A DNA stretch of 59,859 bases, counting the filler, from Squatina squatina (lineage: Eukaryota), in the NCBI GenBank assembly GCA_031763465.1. It is 4 parts of 4 records of this genome, joined end to end, with 100 filler letters (N's around TTAATTAATTAA, not from the genome) between each part and the next. Parts side by side here need not be neighbours in the genome. Positions count along the whole stretch, not along the records: positions 30,695 to 45,970 come from JARFOE010000004.1; positions 46,071 to 59,859 come from JARFOE010000222.1; 2 more parts are not named here. One strand, 5' to 3'. The stretch's first letter is position 1; each line of letters opens with the position of its first letter. Below, piece after piece: positions 36,657 to 49,395 of this stretch. The notes under the pieces are model-generated. The model was not told the origin of the DNA. It made no database searches and saw only the letters and a list, made by a program, of their open reading frames with translations. Position numbers and translations under genes: made by a program.

Positions 36657-38219
36657 TTTAAGTAAGTCAAGAAAAGTGCATTTCTTAAACCTAACAGGTA
36701 GGTGGTACTTTTTGCTGGGCTATTTTTTAATGAGAGAGAATGGTGGGGTGAAAGGGGGAAATAGTTTTTGATCAAAATACTCTCGCCAGCCTTCCCTTCA
36801 TTGTTAGCGGAGTAGTTTGCCTTTACCATTTGGTGGATATAAAAAGGTCATAAGGGTTGTTTTATGGGTGCTGATATGTAAACATTAAGTGCTATATGTT
36901 CTCCTGCATTCCTGGTTCACGCACTTAACACATGACCACTTGGCAAGGAAGCGCATTTTGGACTGTTTCTTCCAAAGCAAGTTTATAGCTTCTAACCCAT
37001 GAGCAGCTGCGAGCCCTGACAGATGACACCATGTGTCAGCTGGAAAGGAAACCGTGTCTAGGAACTCTGCATGTGCTTCACCTTAATCTCAGGAAATGAA
37101 AGGGGATCATCTTTCCTCGTCTGGGCGGTATTCAACAAGCTGTGAATCCGCTGGCACATATTAAATTAGACGCTTACATTGAAAGCGTGCAAGGGCAGNN
37201 NNNNNNNNNNNNNNNNNNNNNNNNNNNNNNNNNNNNNNNNNNNNNNNNNNNNNNNNNNNNNNNNNNNNNNNNNNNNNNNNNNNNNNNNNNNNNNNNNNAT
37301 GGGGAACGACCAGGGGAGTGGGACTAATCGGATAGCTCCATCAAAGAGGTGGCACAGGCACGATGGACCAAATGGCCTTCTGTATGGCATGATTTTATAT
37401 TTCTACATAGGCAATAAACTAGTCTTTAGGTACGTAAAAGGTTTAAGGGGCTGAAATTCTTCTGCTGTTACAGAGACTAGTGGAACTCCTGTGGAATTTC
37501 AGTCCCTGGAGAACATTAGTAGATAGTTATGGGTCAACATGCACTCCTGATTCAGGGCATGCTGGGGGAGGATATAAAAATATCGAGAATGGAGGATAGC
37601 GGGCCTGTTGCACATTGTTATCCGTAAATATTAATTGGCAGAAAATCAGGGATTGCGGTTTCCCGATACACAGTCCTGCCGTGGGAAGCTCCTTACTGAG
37701 AGCAAGCAAACAGAAAATGTACCCTCTCTTCCCCATCAGGAAAATCTCATTGCCAGTCGGAGATAGGTGAACTGCGTCGGATGCGCATGCACAGAGCACT
37801 GCAATTGTCGCCCACCTGAGCCCTCAAACACTCCCCCTCCTAAGCACAAATGCTGTCGGTGGGGCCTCAGCATGGGCAGGGCATCAGCAGCAACAGCAGA
37901 ATCGAAGCACATTTGTAAAGTGAATAGAGCATTGACTGGAGCAGATGTTGTAGTACTCAGGAGAATTAAGTTATTCTCACTCTGCCAACAGGTGTGTGTC
38001 AGGGCCTTGGGATTTTTGGCCAATTACTTTTAATTAATCATGAACTGACCCACTGTTGCAACAAATGTGACCTTTGGTCCTCAGAAGGAGCTGTGAAAGC
38101 AACAAATCTTCCTGGANNNNNNNNNNNNNNNNNNNNNNNNNNNNNNNNNNNNNNNNNNNNNNNNNNNNNNNNNNNNNNNNNNNNNNNNNNNNNNNNNNNN
38201 NNNNNNNNNNNNNNNNAGT

Positions 38220-38655
38220 GTCACTTGCCCGCTCTTTCCCCATATTCCTACATTTTTTTCTTGTATTTCTCCAATTCCCTTTTGAAGGCTGCTATTGAAT
38301 CTGCCTCCATCGCCCTATCAGGCAGCGCATTCCAAATCCTAACCTCTCTTTGCATAACGTTTTTCCTCATGTCGCCTCTGGTTCTTTACCAATCACCATA
38401 AACCTGTGCCCTTTGGTTATCGACCCTTCTACTATTGGAAACAGTTTCTCTTTATTCTTATCTAAACCCATCGTGATCTTGGACACCTCCTATCAAATCT
38501 CCTCTTAGCCTTCTCTGCTTGAAGGAGAACAACCCCAGCTTCTCCAGTCTATCCACGTAACTGTAATCCCTCATCCCCGGAACCATTCAAGTAAATTTCT
38601 TCTGTACCCTTTCCAAAGCCTTTGCGTCCTTCCGAAAGCGTGATGCCCAGACTTG
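38220..38655 (-). mobile_element. CR1-type LINE 3' fragment
   Basis: Antisense equivalent of the CR1 3' end at 39950-40272 (GGAAACAGTTTCTC, CAAATCTCCTCTTAGCCTTCT, GGAGAACAACCCCAGCTTCTCCAGTCT). Confidence 0.75.
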
Positions 38656-39547
38656 GATCTGTCCAGACTAATGGGAGAAAAAAGGTCTGAGAGGGTCTTG
38701 TGTGAAATGGCCACAACACACAACTGTCCCAGTAAATTAGCAATCTCACTCGGAAAGGGCTGATACGGGAAAGTGGCAGAGCGTGCAATTGGGAGATGGG
38801 CATTGAGACAGATTGAGAGTCGCTGAAATGGAAACTGTTGCATTCCCCAGAACTGACATCTCTTCCCCGTTATCACAAAAAGGCTATTTAGGAAAAAAAA
38901 TGAGCTGCAAGAGTTAAGCTCGTGATTTCAGGGAATTGATCCCTATTTACACTTGTGCCTCACTCGTACAAATAAAACTGCTTTATATGTTGTATGTTTT
39001 ACCCACTGCCCCAACAATATATTGCCAAGTCTTGCTTACATCAGCTTGTATGTGTAGACAGATCTGGCTCGTGTGTCACAGATAGTGGTGGGAGAGAGTG
39101 AGGGGGAATTGGTGAGGGGGGAAGAGAGGAGGAATTGGGGAGGGGGGAATAGAGNNNNNNNNNNNNNNNNNNNNNNNNNNNNNNNNNNNNNNNNNNNNNN
39201 NNNNNNNNNNNNNNNNNNNNNNNNNNNNNNNNNNNNNNNNNNNNNNNNNNNNNNTCGGCATAATCTCTGGAGAACTGGAGCAAACGGCTGTTTATCTGAG
39301 GTTGCTGCCAATCTCCCGCCAAAGTTACAGCGGGAAATTGGAAGAATCCATGTGGAAATTGTTGGCGAGAATTTTTTACTCTTTCTGAAAATAATGACGA
39401 TTAGCCAAACAATTCCACTCAGCAGCTACCAGACTGAGCAGCTTCTGTATTGGAAATGACCAACTCAGCACTGTCTGTGCAACAAGGTTTTACAAACGCC
39501 TGCAAGGTTTTCATGCTGTTCATCTGTCAATGTTGATTCTTTCACAG

Positions 39548-39601
39548 GGCGATCCTGGAGTTCCGGGAAAAGACGGACTTTCCGGAAGACCTGGTGAAAA
39601 G
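39548..39601 (+). CDS. COL19A1: 54-nt triple-helical collagen exon, probably collagen XIX alpha 1
   Basis: TTCTTTCACAG / GDP GVP GKD GLS GRP GEK / GTAGAA: six perfect Gly-X-Y triplets in a 54-nt phase-0 exon. The collagen call is strong. The gene symbol is inferred from its divergent orientation next to LMBRD1, as in human 6q13. Confidence 0.8.
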
Positions 39602-39949
39602 GTAGAATGATCTGCTGATTTGGATTGATAGAATACGTGGAGGTGTTTGTTGACAACCTGATGACCCCTCTGGTGCTGCAGGGCGCTGGCATTTCACAGC
39701 TGGGCCCTGACGGGCGCTCTCCTGGTGGAAGCCCATCATGCACAAATAATGACCCCTGACCCAGGGGTCAGGTGGGGCGGAGTTGGAGAGCTGAGTGGAT
39801 GTCCTGTCTGACTACTACTTCGCCCCAAAGAGGAGAATCCAGCCCATAGTTTCACTAGACCAACAGAAGTACAGAACACACAGACTCACTGGACAACCAG
39901 ACTGGTCCAAAGTGGAACAAAATTAAGACATTTGTGAATTGATGAGAAT

Positions 39950-40272
39950 TCAGTTATGTGGAAAGAATCTATAAACTGGAATTATTCTTCTTAGAGCTAG
40001 AAAGGTTAAGGGGAGATTTAATAGAGGTATTCAAAACTATGAGTGGTTTTTGATAGAGTAAATAAGGAGAAACTGTTTCCACTGGCAAGAGGGTTGGGAA
40101 CCAGAGGACACAGATTTAAGGTAATAGGCAAAAGAGCCAGAGTGGAAGTGAGGAGAAACTTTTTTATGCAGCGAGTTGTTGTGATCTGGAATGCACTGCC
40201 TGAATGGGTGGTGGAGGCAGAATCAATATTAACTTTCAAAAGAGAATTGAAGAGAAAGCATTGCACAGCTAT
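39950..40272 (+). mobile_element. CR1-type LINE 3' fragment
   Basis: FDRVNKEKLFPLA..TRGHRFKV..RRNFFMQRVVVIWNALPEWVVEAES..FKREL, the CR1 ORF2 C-terminus. Confidence 0.85.
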
Positions 40273-40372
40273 NNNNNNNNNNNNNNNNNNNNNNNNNNNN
40301 NNNNNNNNNNNNNNNNNNNNNNNNNNNNNNNNNNNNNNNNNNNNNNNNNNNNNNNNNNNNNNNNNNNNNNNN

Positions 40373-40975
40373 AAGGAATGTTTGGGGCCCTGGACAGTGG
40401 GAAGGGAGGAGGTAAAAGGACAGGTGTAGCATCTCCTGCGCTTGCACGGAAAGGTGCCATGGGAAGGGGAGGGGGTGCTAGGGGTGATGGAGTTGTGAAC
40501 CAGGGCTTCCCAGAGGGATTTGTCCCTTTGGAATGCTGAAAGGGGAGGGAAAGATGTGTTTGGCAGTGGTATCACGCTGTAGGTGGCGAGAATTGCGGCA
40601 GATGATCCATTGAATGTGGAGGCTGGTGGGGTGAAAGGTGAGGACAAGGGATTGACACGGACAAGGTTGAGGGCCATATCCACCATGGTAAAGGGGAATC
40701 CTCGGTTGAGGAAAAAGGAAGACATGTCGGCAGCATTGGTTTGTAAGTTGGCATCGTCAGAACAGATGCGACGGAGATGGAGGAACTGGGAGAATGGAAT
40801 GGAGTCTTTTCAGGAAGCGGGGTAGGAGGAAGTGTACTCCAGGTAGCTGTGGGAGTCCTGTGGCTTATAGTAGATCTTTGTGAGGAGTCTATCTCCTGAA
40901 ATGGAGACAGATCTGTCGAGGAACGGAAGGAAAGTGTCGGAGATGGACCATATGAAGGTGAGGGAAGAGTGGAAC
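40373..40975 (-). mobile_element. Penelope-like retroelement fragment
   Basis: MSSFFLNRGFP..GTFPCKRRRCYTCPF..VQGPKHS: RT thumb followed by the Cys-rich linker that precedes the GIY-YIG endonuclease. Confidence 0.8.
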
Positions 40976-41029
40976 ACATTTTGGGTTCCGCCCTGACTAC
41001 TCAGCCCACGATCCCATTACAGACTTTGT

Positions 41030-42190
41030 CCTAACATGGACAAAAGAGCTGAACTGCAGAGGTGAGGTCAGAGTGACTGCCCTTGAGATCAAGGCAGCAT
41101 TTGATCGAGTGTGGCATCAAGGAGCCCCACAGTAAAACTGAGGTCAATGGGAATCAGGGGAACACTCTCCACTGGCTGGAGTCATACGTAGCACAAAGGA
41201 AGATGGTTCTCGTGGTTGCAGGCCATTCATCACACCCCCAGGACATTTCTGCAGGAATTCCTCAGGGCAGTGTCCCAACCATCTTCAGCTGCTTCATCAA
41301 TGACCTTCCCTCCATCATAAGATCAGAAGTGGAAATGTTCGCTGATGACTGCACAGTGTTCAGTGCCACTGGCAACTCCTCAGATAATGAAGCAGTCCAT
41401 GCCCACATGAAGCAAGGCCTGGATAACATCCAGGCTTGTGCTGATAAGTGGCAAGTAACATTCGTGCCACAAAAGTGCCAGGCAATGACTATCTCCAACA
41501 AGCGAGAGTCGAACCATCGGCCCTTGATATTCGCTGAATACCCCACCATCAACATCCTGGGGGTCAACAATGACGAGAATCTTAACTGGACCAGTCACAT
41601 AAACAATTTGGCGACAACAGCAGGTCAGAGGCCGGGTATCCTGCGGTGAGTGTCTCCTAACTCCCCAAAGCCTTTCTACCATCTACAAGGAACAAGTCAG
41701 GAGCTGGATGAGAGCAGCCCGATCAAAACTCCAGAAGCTCGACACCATCCAGGACAAAGCAGTCGGCTTGTTCAGCACCCCTTCCATGACCTTAAACATT
41801 CACTCCCTGCACCACCAGCGCACTTTGGCTGCAGAGGGTACCACCTACAAGATGCACTGCAGCAACTCGACAAGTCTTCTTTGGCAGCATCTCTCAAACT
41901 CATGACCTCTACCCTCTAGAAGGACAAGGGCAGCAGACGCATGGGATCAGCATCACCTGGAAGTTCCCCTCCAGGTCACACGCCATCCTGACTTGGACGT
42001 CCATCCCTGTTCCTTCATCGTCACTGGGTCAAAATCCTGGAACTCTCCCCTTAACAGCACTGTGGGAATTCCTTCCCCACAAGGACTGCAGCGGTTCAAG
42101 AAGGCGGATCATCACCACCATCTGAAGGGCAACTAGGGATGGGCAATAAATGCTGGCCTTGCCAGCGATGCCCACATCCCAGGAACAAAT
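41030..42190 (+). mobile_element. 5'-truncated CR1/L2-group LINE (RT domain to 3' tail), pseudogenised
   Basis: AGIPQGSV..FINDLP..MFADD..WQVTF..KC..ILGV..LNWTSHI, with frameshifts. Tail GGGCAACTAGGGATGGGCAATAAATGCTGGCCTTGCCAGCGATGCCCACATCCC. Confidence 0.88.
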
Positions 42191-42194
42191 ATAT

Positions 42195-43383
42195 ACATAT
42201 ATCAATATCAAAAAGCTTTGGTCCGAGTGCTGACCACTGTCTACCATACTCCACTGTGAGAAACAACCACTTACCACGACTCACTGTTTTCTGTCTTGAA
42301 GCCATTTTTCTATCCAAGCTGACAATTTTGACGATTTGGTTACCCCGCCTTTTATGTGGTACTTTGTCAAAAGTTTTCTTAATACTCATATAGACAACAT
42401 GTACACCATCCACTTCATCTACCTCCTCCATTAATCCATCAAATCTTTCAATTCGATTAGTCAAACAAAATATGCGTTTTACAAATCTGTGGGTTTCTCA
42501 TTAATTAGCTCACACCTCTCCAAGTGCCTGTAATTTTTTTCGCTGATTATTGTTTCTAAATGCTTACACACTACAGATGTTAAACTGTCAGGGCTGTAGT
42601 TACTAGGAATGGCTTTGCACACTTTTTAAACCAGGGCGTCACATTTGCCACTTTCCAATCCTCTAACACCTCCCCGTATCTAGGGAACATTGGTAAATGA
42701 TGGCAAGCCCTTCCACTATCACTGCCCCCATTGCCCTTAGCAACCTGGAATGCAAGCCATACAGACCAGGTGACCTATCCAGTCTAAGCTTGGTCAGCCA
42801 TTACAGTACATCCCGCATCTCATTTTTCACCCCATCCATTACCTCTGCCATCTCCGTTTCTACCGATATTCTGTCAGCATCCTCTTCCTTAGTAAACAAC
42901 GCACAGTCATTAAGTATTCTAGACTCCTCTGATCATGTATCACTTTCTTTGTCCTGAATAGGCCCCACGTCGCCTCTTACTACTCGTTTACTCTATACAT
43001 GCTGGCAAAAAGATTGTATTTTTACCTTTCATTCTATTCTCATAATCTCTCTTTGCCAGTCATATTTTCCTGTTCACTTCTGCTCTCAATGTATTGCATT
43101 TGGTCTGGTTCTCGCCTGAAGAATTCACCGGAAATGCATTACATAGTTCTTTCTTTTAGTTTCATAATGCTCTCTAACTCCCTCAGCATCCAAGAAGGCC
43201 TGGTTTTGCTTTGCACTTGTTGAAATGTACCCAGCCTGTACCTGAAACATCTCATCCTTATAGATCCCCCATTGCTACATTACAGCATTTCCTTGCAACA
43301 TTTGGTTCCATTTTATCCTGGCTAGATCCCCTCTCATCCCAGTGAAGTTAGCCTTCGCCCAATTTAGAAGATCTACTTTAGAG
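42195..43383 (-). mobile_element. CR1 ORF2 fragment, antisense
   Basis: The minus strand encodes ..VHVVYMSIKKTFDKVPHKR.. (RT DF.KAFDKVPH motif) and upstream CR1 regions. Heavily decayed. Confidence 0.8.
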
Positions 43384-43384
43384 C

Positions 43385-45970
43385 TAGAGAAAAGGAAGAA
43401 GCAGGAAAAGGGTGCTTATGAAAGATGTCAGGTTTAGAAGACAAGTGAGAGCCAGACTGAATATATAATGTTCAGAGGGAAAGGGAAAAAGGAAATTAGA
43501 TGGGCAAAGAGAGAGCGTGAGAATAAACTGGCAGCTAATGTAAAAGTTAATGAAAGAATCTTCTACTGCCACATACATAGTAAACGTGCAGTAAGAGCAT
43601 GTATCGGGCTGATTAGGGTGTTAAAAATAGACCTACGCAGGGAGGCAGAGGGCATGGGTGAAGTACCCGGAGCGATATCCTCGTGAGGGTGTTTGCTAGT
43701 GCTGTTGGGCAGGGTTTAAACTAGAGCGGCTGTGGGATGGGAACCTGACCAGGGAGACAAAGGAGAGGGAAACAAGGATAGAAATGCAAGACAGAAAAGG
43801 AGAAAGAAAAAGTAGAAGGCAGGGGACACAAGTGGGAGAACCAGTGAATGTGGTGTATTTGGATTCTCAGAAGGCATTTGACATAGTCCTACGTGAGAGG
43901 CTAGTATGCAAAATTAAAGCACATGGGATTGGGGGTCATATACTGGCATGGATTGAGAACGGGTTAACAGACAGGAAACAGAGAGTGGGAATAAATGTGT
44001 CTTTTTCCCGGTGGCAGGCGGTGACTAGTGGGGTACTGAAGGGATGAGGCAACCAAATGCAACATTTCCAAGTTTGCTGATGACACAAAACTGGGTGGTA
44101 ATGTCAGGATGCAAAGAGGCTTCAAGGCGAGTTAGACAAGTTGAGTGAGTGGGCAAACACATGGCAGATGCAGTATAACATGGATACATGTGAAGTTATC
44201 CACTTCAGTGTGAAAAACAGAAAGGCAGAATATTATTTAAAAGGTGATATATTGGGAAATGTTGATGCACAAAGAGACCTGGGTGAGCTTCTACAGCAGT
44301 CAATGAAAGCAAATAGGCAAGTGCAGCAAGCAGTTAGAAAGGCAAAGGTATGTTGGCTTTCACTGCAAGAGTATTTGAGTACAGAAGTAAGGATGTCTTA
44401 CTGGAGTTATACAGGGCCTTGGTGAGACCACACCTGGAGTATTGCATGCAGTTTCGATCATTCTACTTAAGAAAGGATATACTTGCTATGGAGGGAGTGG
44501 CAGAGAAGGTTCACCAGACTGATACCTGGGGTCGCAGGACTGTTGTATGAGGAGAGATTGATCGACTGGGCCTGTATTCATCACAATTTAGAAGAATGAG
44601 AGGGGATCTTATTGAAACGTATACAATTCAGAGAGGGTTAGACAGACTAGATGCAGGGAGGATGTTTCCCTTAGTTGGGGAGTATGCAACCAGGGGACAC
44701 AGTCTCAGGATACGGGGTAAGCCATTTAGGACTGAGATGAGGAAAAATTCTTCACACACAGGGTAGTGAAACTGTGGAATTCTCCACCGCAGAAGGCTGG
44801 AGGCCGGGTCACTGAGTACATTCAAGAAGGAGATAGGTAGATTGTTAGACACTAAAGACATCGGGGGTATAGGGAGAAAGCGGGAATATGACATTGAGAT
44901 AGAGGATCAGCTCGAAGGCCCGAATGGCCTACTCCTGCTCCTATTTTCTATGTTTCTATGTTTCTACTATGTGAACACTTTGCATCTGTCTTCAACAAGG
45001 AAGAATATGTTGCATAACTCATAGCAACAGAGGAGGTATTTGAGATATTGTATGTGTTAAAAATTGATAAAGATTCGGTTTTGGAATGGCTCACTGTACT
45101 TAAAGTAGCGAAGTCACGGGCACTGGATGGGATGCATACTGGGCTTTTCAGGAACATAAAGGTGGAAATTAGGAGATACTGGCTATAATCTTCCCATGAT
45201 CCTTAGATGCAGCATTGGTGCCAGAAGACTGGAGAATTACACATGTTAAACCAGTGATCTAAAAAGGGTGCAAGGATAAGCCCAGCCACTGCAGGCCAGT
45301 CCGTTTAACCTGGGTGGTGGGAAGCTTTTAGACACAATAATCCATAAAAAACGGACATTTTGTGTGGATTAATTTAAGGAAAGTTAGCACGGATTTGTTC
45401 AATGCAAAACGTGATTAACTAATTTGATTGATTTCCTATTGATGAGTAAACAGAGAGGGAAATGGAGTTCCAAAAGGCGTTTGATAAAGTGCCACATAAT
45501 ACGCTTGCCAACTAAGTTGAAGCAGCATGGATACTTAATTGAGTAAATAACAGGAAGCAGAGAGTTGTGGTGAACGCATGTTTCTTGGACTGGAGGATGG
45601 TACACTGTGCTATTCCCCAGGGGCCAGTACTGGGACGACTGCTTCTCTTGATAATGAATTGGACTTAGGTGTACAGGGCCCGGTTTCAAAATTTGCTGCT
45701 GGCACCGATCTTAGAAACATAGTGAACATTGAAGAGGATTGTGATGTAATTCAAGTGGATACAGAGAGGCTGCTGGAAAGGGTGGACACCAGCCAGATGA
45801 AATTTAATGCAGAAAAGTGCGACGTGATATATTTTGCAAAGAAGAACGAGGAGAGGCGAAATAAACTAAATGGTACAATTCTAAAGGGACTGCAGGAGCA
45901 GGGAGGTTCTACTGCAGTTGTACAGGGCCTTGGTGAGACCACACCTGGAGTATTGTGTACAGTTTTGGTC
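43385..45970 (+). mobile_element. Older CR1 ORF2 copy split by a nested CR1 insertion
   Basis: 43385-43666 (KKEIRWAKRERENKLAANVK..IFYCHI..EGMGEV) resumes at 44968 (..HFASVFNKEE) and continues through FQKAFDKVPH, IPQGPVLG, VSKFA. Confidence 0.8.
43667..44964 (+). mobile_element. Internally deleted CR1 (HER-like) LINE with microsatellite tail, nested in the older CR1
   Basis: Order: ORF1-end-like sequence (..GTTTGCTAGTGCTGTTGGGCAGGGTTTAAACTAG), GEPVNVVYLDSQKAFD, KFADDTK, YRALVRPHLEYC, then the tail GAATGGCCTACTCCTGCTCCTATTTTCTATGTTTCTATGTTTC. Confidence 0.85.
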
Positions 45971-46070
45971 NNNNNNNNNNNNNNNNNNNNNNNNNNNNNN
46001 NNNNNNNNNNNNNNTTAATTAATTAANNNNNNNNNNNNNNNNNNNNNNNNNNNNNNNNNNNNNNNNNNNN
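45971..46070. other. Artificial concatenation linker
   Basis: 44 N + TTAATTAATTAA + 44 N. Confidence 0.95.
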
Positions 46071-46344
46071 ATTAAATGGGTGGAAACTAGAAATTGGCAG
46101 TGAATTGCCTAGAGTGCTACGCCACAAGAATTATGTAATTATAGTTTTGGATTTTGTTTTATAGAGTCAGTGCATTTTCTCAGCAATGATTCGGTAAATT
46201 ATGCCTAACATATCTATAAAATTGTGGGTATTTGTTTAATCATGCGTTTTTTTTTCATTTTAATTGAATGTTGTCAGTGAAGTTTTACTATAACTTTGTG
46301 TTGCATATCATTCTGTTCATTTCCATCTCCTCTACAATTTTCAG

Positions 46345-46409
46345 CTTGCAAATTGCAGCATGATAAAAAAATAATTATTCCCCCAAAATTTGTGACATTA
46401 AATCAAAAG
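46345..46409 (+). other. Candidate 65-nt exon of an unidentified gene
   Basis: Pyrimidine-rich TTTTCAG acceptor and a perfect AAG/GTAAGT donor. One open frame, CKLQHDKKIIIPPKFVTLNQK. Confidence 0.4.
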
Positions 46410-46824
46410 GTAAGTTGTGTTTGACATTGCGTGTGTAGAATTTGAGAGAAAATCCTAAAATACAAGATCTGGAAGATGATCTCTTATTTGAAGTAGAACT
46501 AGCAAAGTTAAGTTTTCTAAGTTCCTGTATTTAGTAATAAAATTAGGGCCATGTAATGGGAACAGTTTAATTTGTCCTATCAGAACAGCACTCAACTATT
46601 TTTCCTAACATGTATGTCAAAAATCCTCAAATACGTTTTCCTAAAGCTTAGGGACCAGGTAAGTCCCATGCTGTGCACCTTGTTAGTGAGGAGGTGGGCC
46701 TGCCGTTGAGAATAATTCACAAGAACTGAATCAGTGTTGGTTTTATAAAGAGGAGCAGGCTTGAAGTTACCTCCAGTCACTGACCCCAGTTTGAGAAAAC
46801 TGACTTGGATAACTCAACAGAGAG

Positions 46825-47089
46825 CCATATATCCAAGTTTGACGATAATACAAGATTGGTGACATGGCAAGTAGTGTAGACAGGAGCATAAAATTACAAA
46901 GAGACATTGATAGATTAAGCGAGTGGGCAAAACCATGGCTGATGGATTTCAATGCAGTTAAGTGAGGACATCCATTTTGGACCAAAAAAGGATAGATCCA
47001 AGTATTTTTAAAAATCTTGAAAATCTAGGAACAGTGGAGGTCCATGTACATAGGTCACTAAAATATAGCAGTCAGGTAAAGGCTAACAT
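46825..47089 (+). mobile_element. CR1 RT C-terminal fragment
   Basis: ..KLQRDIDRLSEWAKPWLMDFNAVK.., with a decayed SKFADD motif upstream. Confidence 0.75.
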
Positions 47090-49249
47090 NNNNNNNNNNN
47101 NNNNNNNNNNNNNNNNNNNNNNNNNNNNNNNNNNNNNNNNNNNNNNNNNNNNNNNNNNNNNNNNNNNNNNNNNNNNNNNNNNNNNNNNNTGGGACTTACT
47201 CGCTGAAGTCCCTCTGTCTTCCTGCAGATTCCAATTTCAACCTGCTCTTCTGAGCAGGCGAGAGAACAGACTTATTCCTTAAATGTACAGATTGAGCTCC
47301 CGGGATCCCCCACCCCTTTCCTCCAATGCAGAGACCCTTCTCAAACACCCTCCCAGCCAATTAACTGAGTTCCAGAGACTGTTCCTTCAATCCCTGGCAA
47401 TATTCCGTTCCCGCCTGCCGGCCACCTGCCACTTCCCACCGGTGACTACAAAATATTCTCTAAATCCAACACACCCTCAGACCTTCATCCTTATATCAAT
47501 AATATTCTTCTGTCCTACTACATGTTGCCCTGCTTCTATCATCAAAAGGCACGAATTAGTTACACCAACCCTCCTGCATTGCTGATCAGTTGTGAAGTTC
47601 ACCATTTTTGGTATTTTCAAAGTAATCACTTGACTCCGTTATGCCGACATCCCAACGAAATTAACCAACTGTCTGCATAATGATCCAAATAGTGTGTACT
47701 GTGCACGACTTTTCATCATCGACAAAAAAAAATGGTCAGCAAATCCTTCTAAGTTACAGCTTGAAGGAAGTTTTACGACTAAAATTGTAAAACAATAAAT
47801 TGTGGCTGTTGGATCAATTGAAGCTTTGAAAGTATTAGTTTACTTTTTGTTTTGTAGGGTGAAAAACAGAGGCCCATAGTTTTTGATATTCGGCCATTTG
47901 AAAGTAATTCAGGAATTTCTTTCAGGTCGACATGGACCACAGAAAAATCTTTGCAAGTGACTGTGTCTCATAAATAAGGAGCTGATTCTTCTTTTACAAC
48001 TGGTGAATTAACACCTATCTCAAAAATTTATGCCAATTTTGTCAAAAATCAATCATTGCTGCATGTTAACGTGAAGTACACTGGGCTTTAGCAAAAGTTT
48101 AAACACATATCAAAGACTAATATAATGTAGGCTCAATATCAAATGTCAAATAAGATTACAGCCTATTACATAAATAAGACATTTGACTNNNNNNNNNNAA
48201 TGCTAGAATATCAATTTGGATTTTGCTGAATTTTGACATTCTACAATTGATTTTTTTCATATGTGTGTGTGTAAGAATGTACTTCAGCAGGAGCTATGGT
48301 TTTTCTCAAGGATTATGCAGCTCGACCGTAGAAAGTTGTACTAAAACTGAGTGAGGCTCAATCAATAATGACCCAATTTTCAGCAACAACTATGAAGCAC
48401 TCAGCAATTTTACAACATGTAGTCATAGCCCAGCAGATACAATTTGCATAAACATCAGACCTCATTTGAAAAAGTATTTTTCATTCAAAAACTCAATTCA
48501 TAAAACTACCACTCTGNNNNNNNNNNNNNNNNNNNNNNNNNNNNNNNNNNNNNNNNNNNNNNNNNNNNNNNNNNNNNNNNNNNNNNNNNNNNNNNNNNNN
48601 NNNNNNNNNNNNNNNNCTAGTCACCTTTGCAATTTTGCAACAGTCTGGCATGCAAACCGGCGAAAATTATGGCGGAAATTGGCGATCACACTATTCCAAG
48701 AAGTCTCCGGCATATGTATAATTTTAAAATGAAAACTTTAGAGCAGGTCATTAAAATTTATTTTCACCTAAAACTTTAAATAGAACAGTTATTAATACAA
48801 GACCCTGCTCAATGTGTGGTTACTTTGTTCAGCATCTTATTACCTTGAATGAGGAAGAAAGGAACTAATTTATTTTTTAATATCAAGATCAAACTCCCAT
48901 TATAATCAATCTTGTGGTGGGCCTATTGACTCATACTGGTTTTAATAGTGCAATATATGATTACCTGACAAAAACATATCTTAAAAGAAGATCATGGTCT
49001 AATATTTTATGCACTATCAATTTATGATGGGGTAGAATTGATTAATACAGATCACAATAATGGCAGCTTGCATCAAATGTGTAATGAGTTCTCCCATTAT
49101 ATGATTATCTGCTTTATATCTCTGATAATACTGATGTCTGCTTTCNNNNNNNNNNNNNNNNNNNNNNNNNNNNNNNNNNNNNNNNNNNNNNNNNNNNNNN
49201 NNNNNNNNNNNNNNNNNNNNNNNNNNNNNNNNNNNNNNNNNNNNNCATC

Positions 49250-49395
49250 ATAAGAACCTAAGAAATAGGAACAGGATTAGGCCACACAATCACTAAGATC
49301 ATGGCTGACCTTCGACCTCAACTCCACTTTCCCATAGTCCTTGATTCCCTTAACGTCCAAAAATCTATTGACCTCCATTGTGAATATACTCAACA
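49250..49395 (-). mobile_element. CR1/HER tail fragment, antisense
   Basis: CATAAGAACCTAAGAAATAGGAACAGGATTAGGCC..AAGATCATGGCTGA, the reverse of the tail type seen at 44900-44964. Confidence 0.7.

Noticed and set aside
34956-39547. Apparently very short LMBRD1-collagen distance with no LMBRD1 exon 1 or shared promoter
   Set aside because: Five 100-N gaps lie in between, so the true distance cannot be known here.
41083-41649. 188-aa ORF with reverse-transcriptase motifs as a possible novel RT system
   Set aside because: It is a frameshifted, 5'-truncated fragment of an ordinary CR1/L2-group LINE with its 3' tail attached.
42195-43666. Back-to-back CR1 fragments as a twin-priming 5' inversion
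   Set aside because: The two arms cover overlapping parts of ORF2 and differ in sequence, so they are independent insertions.
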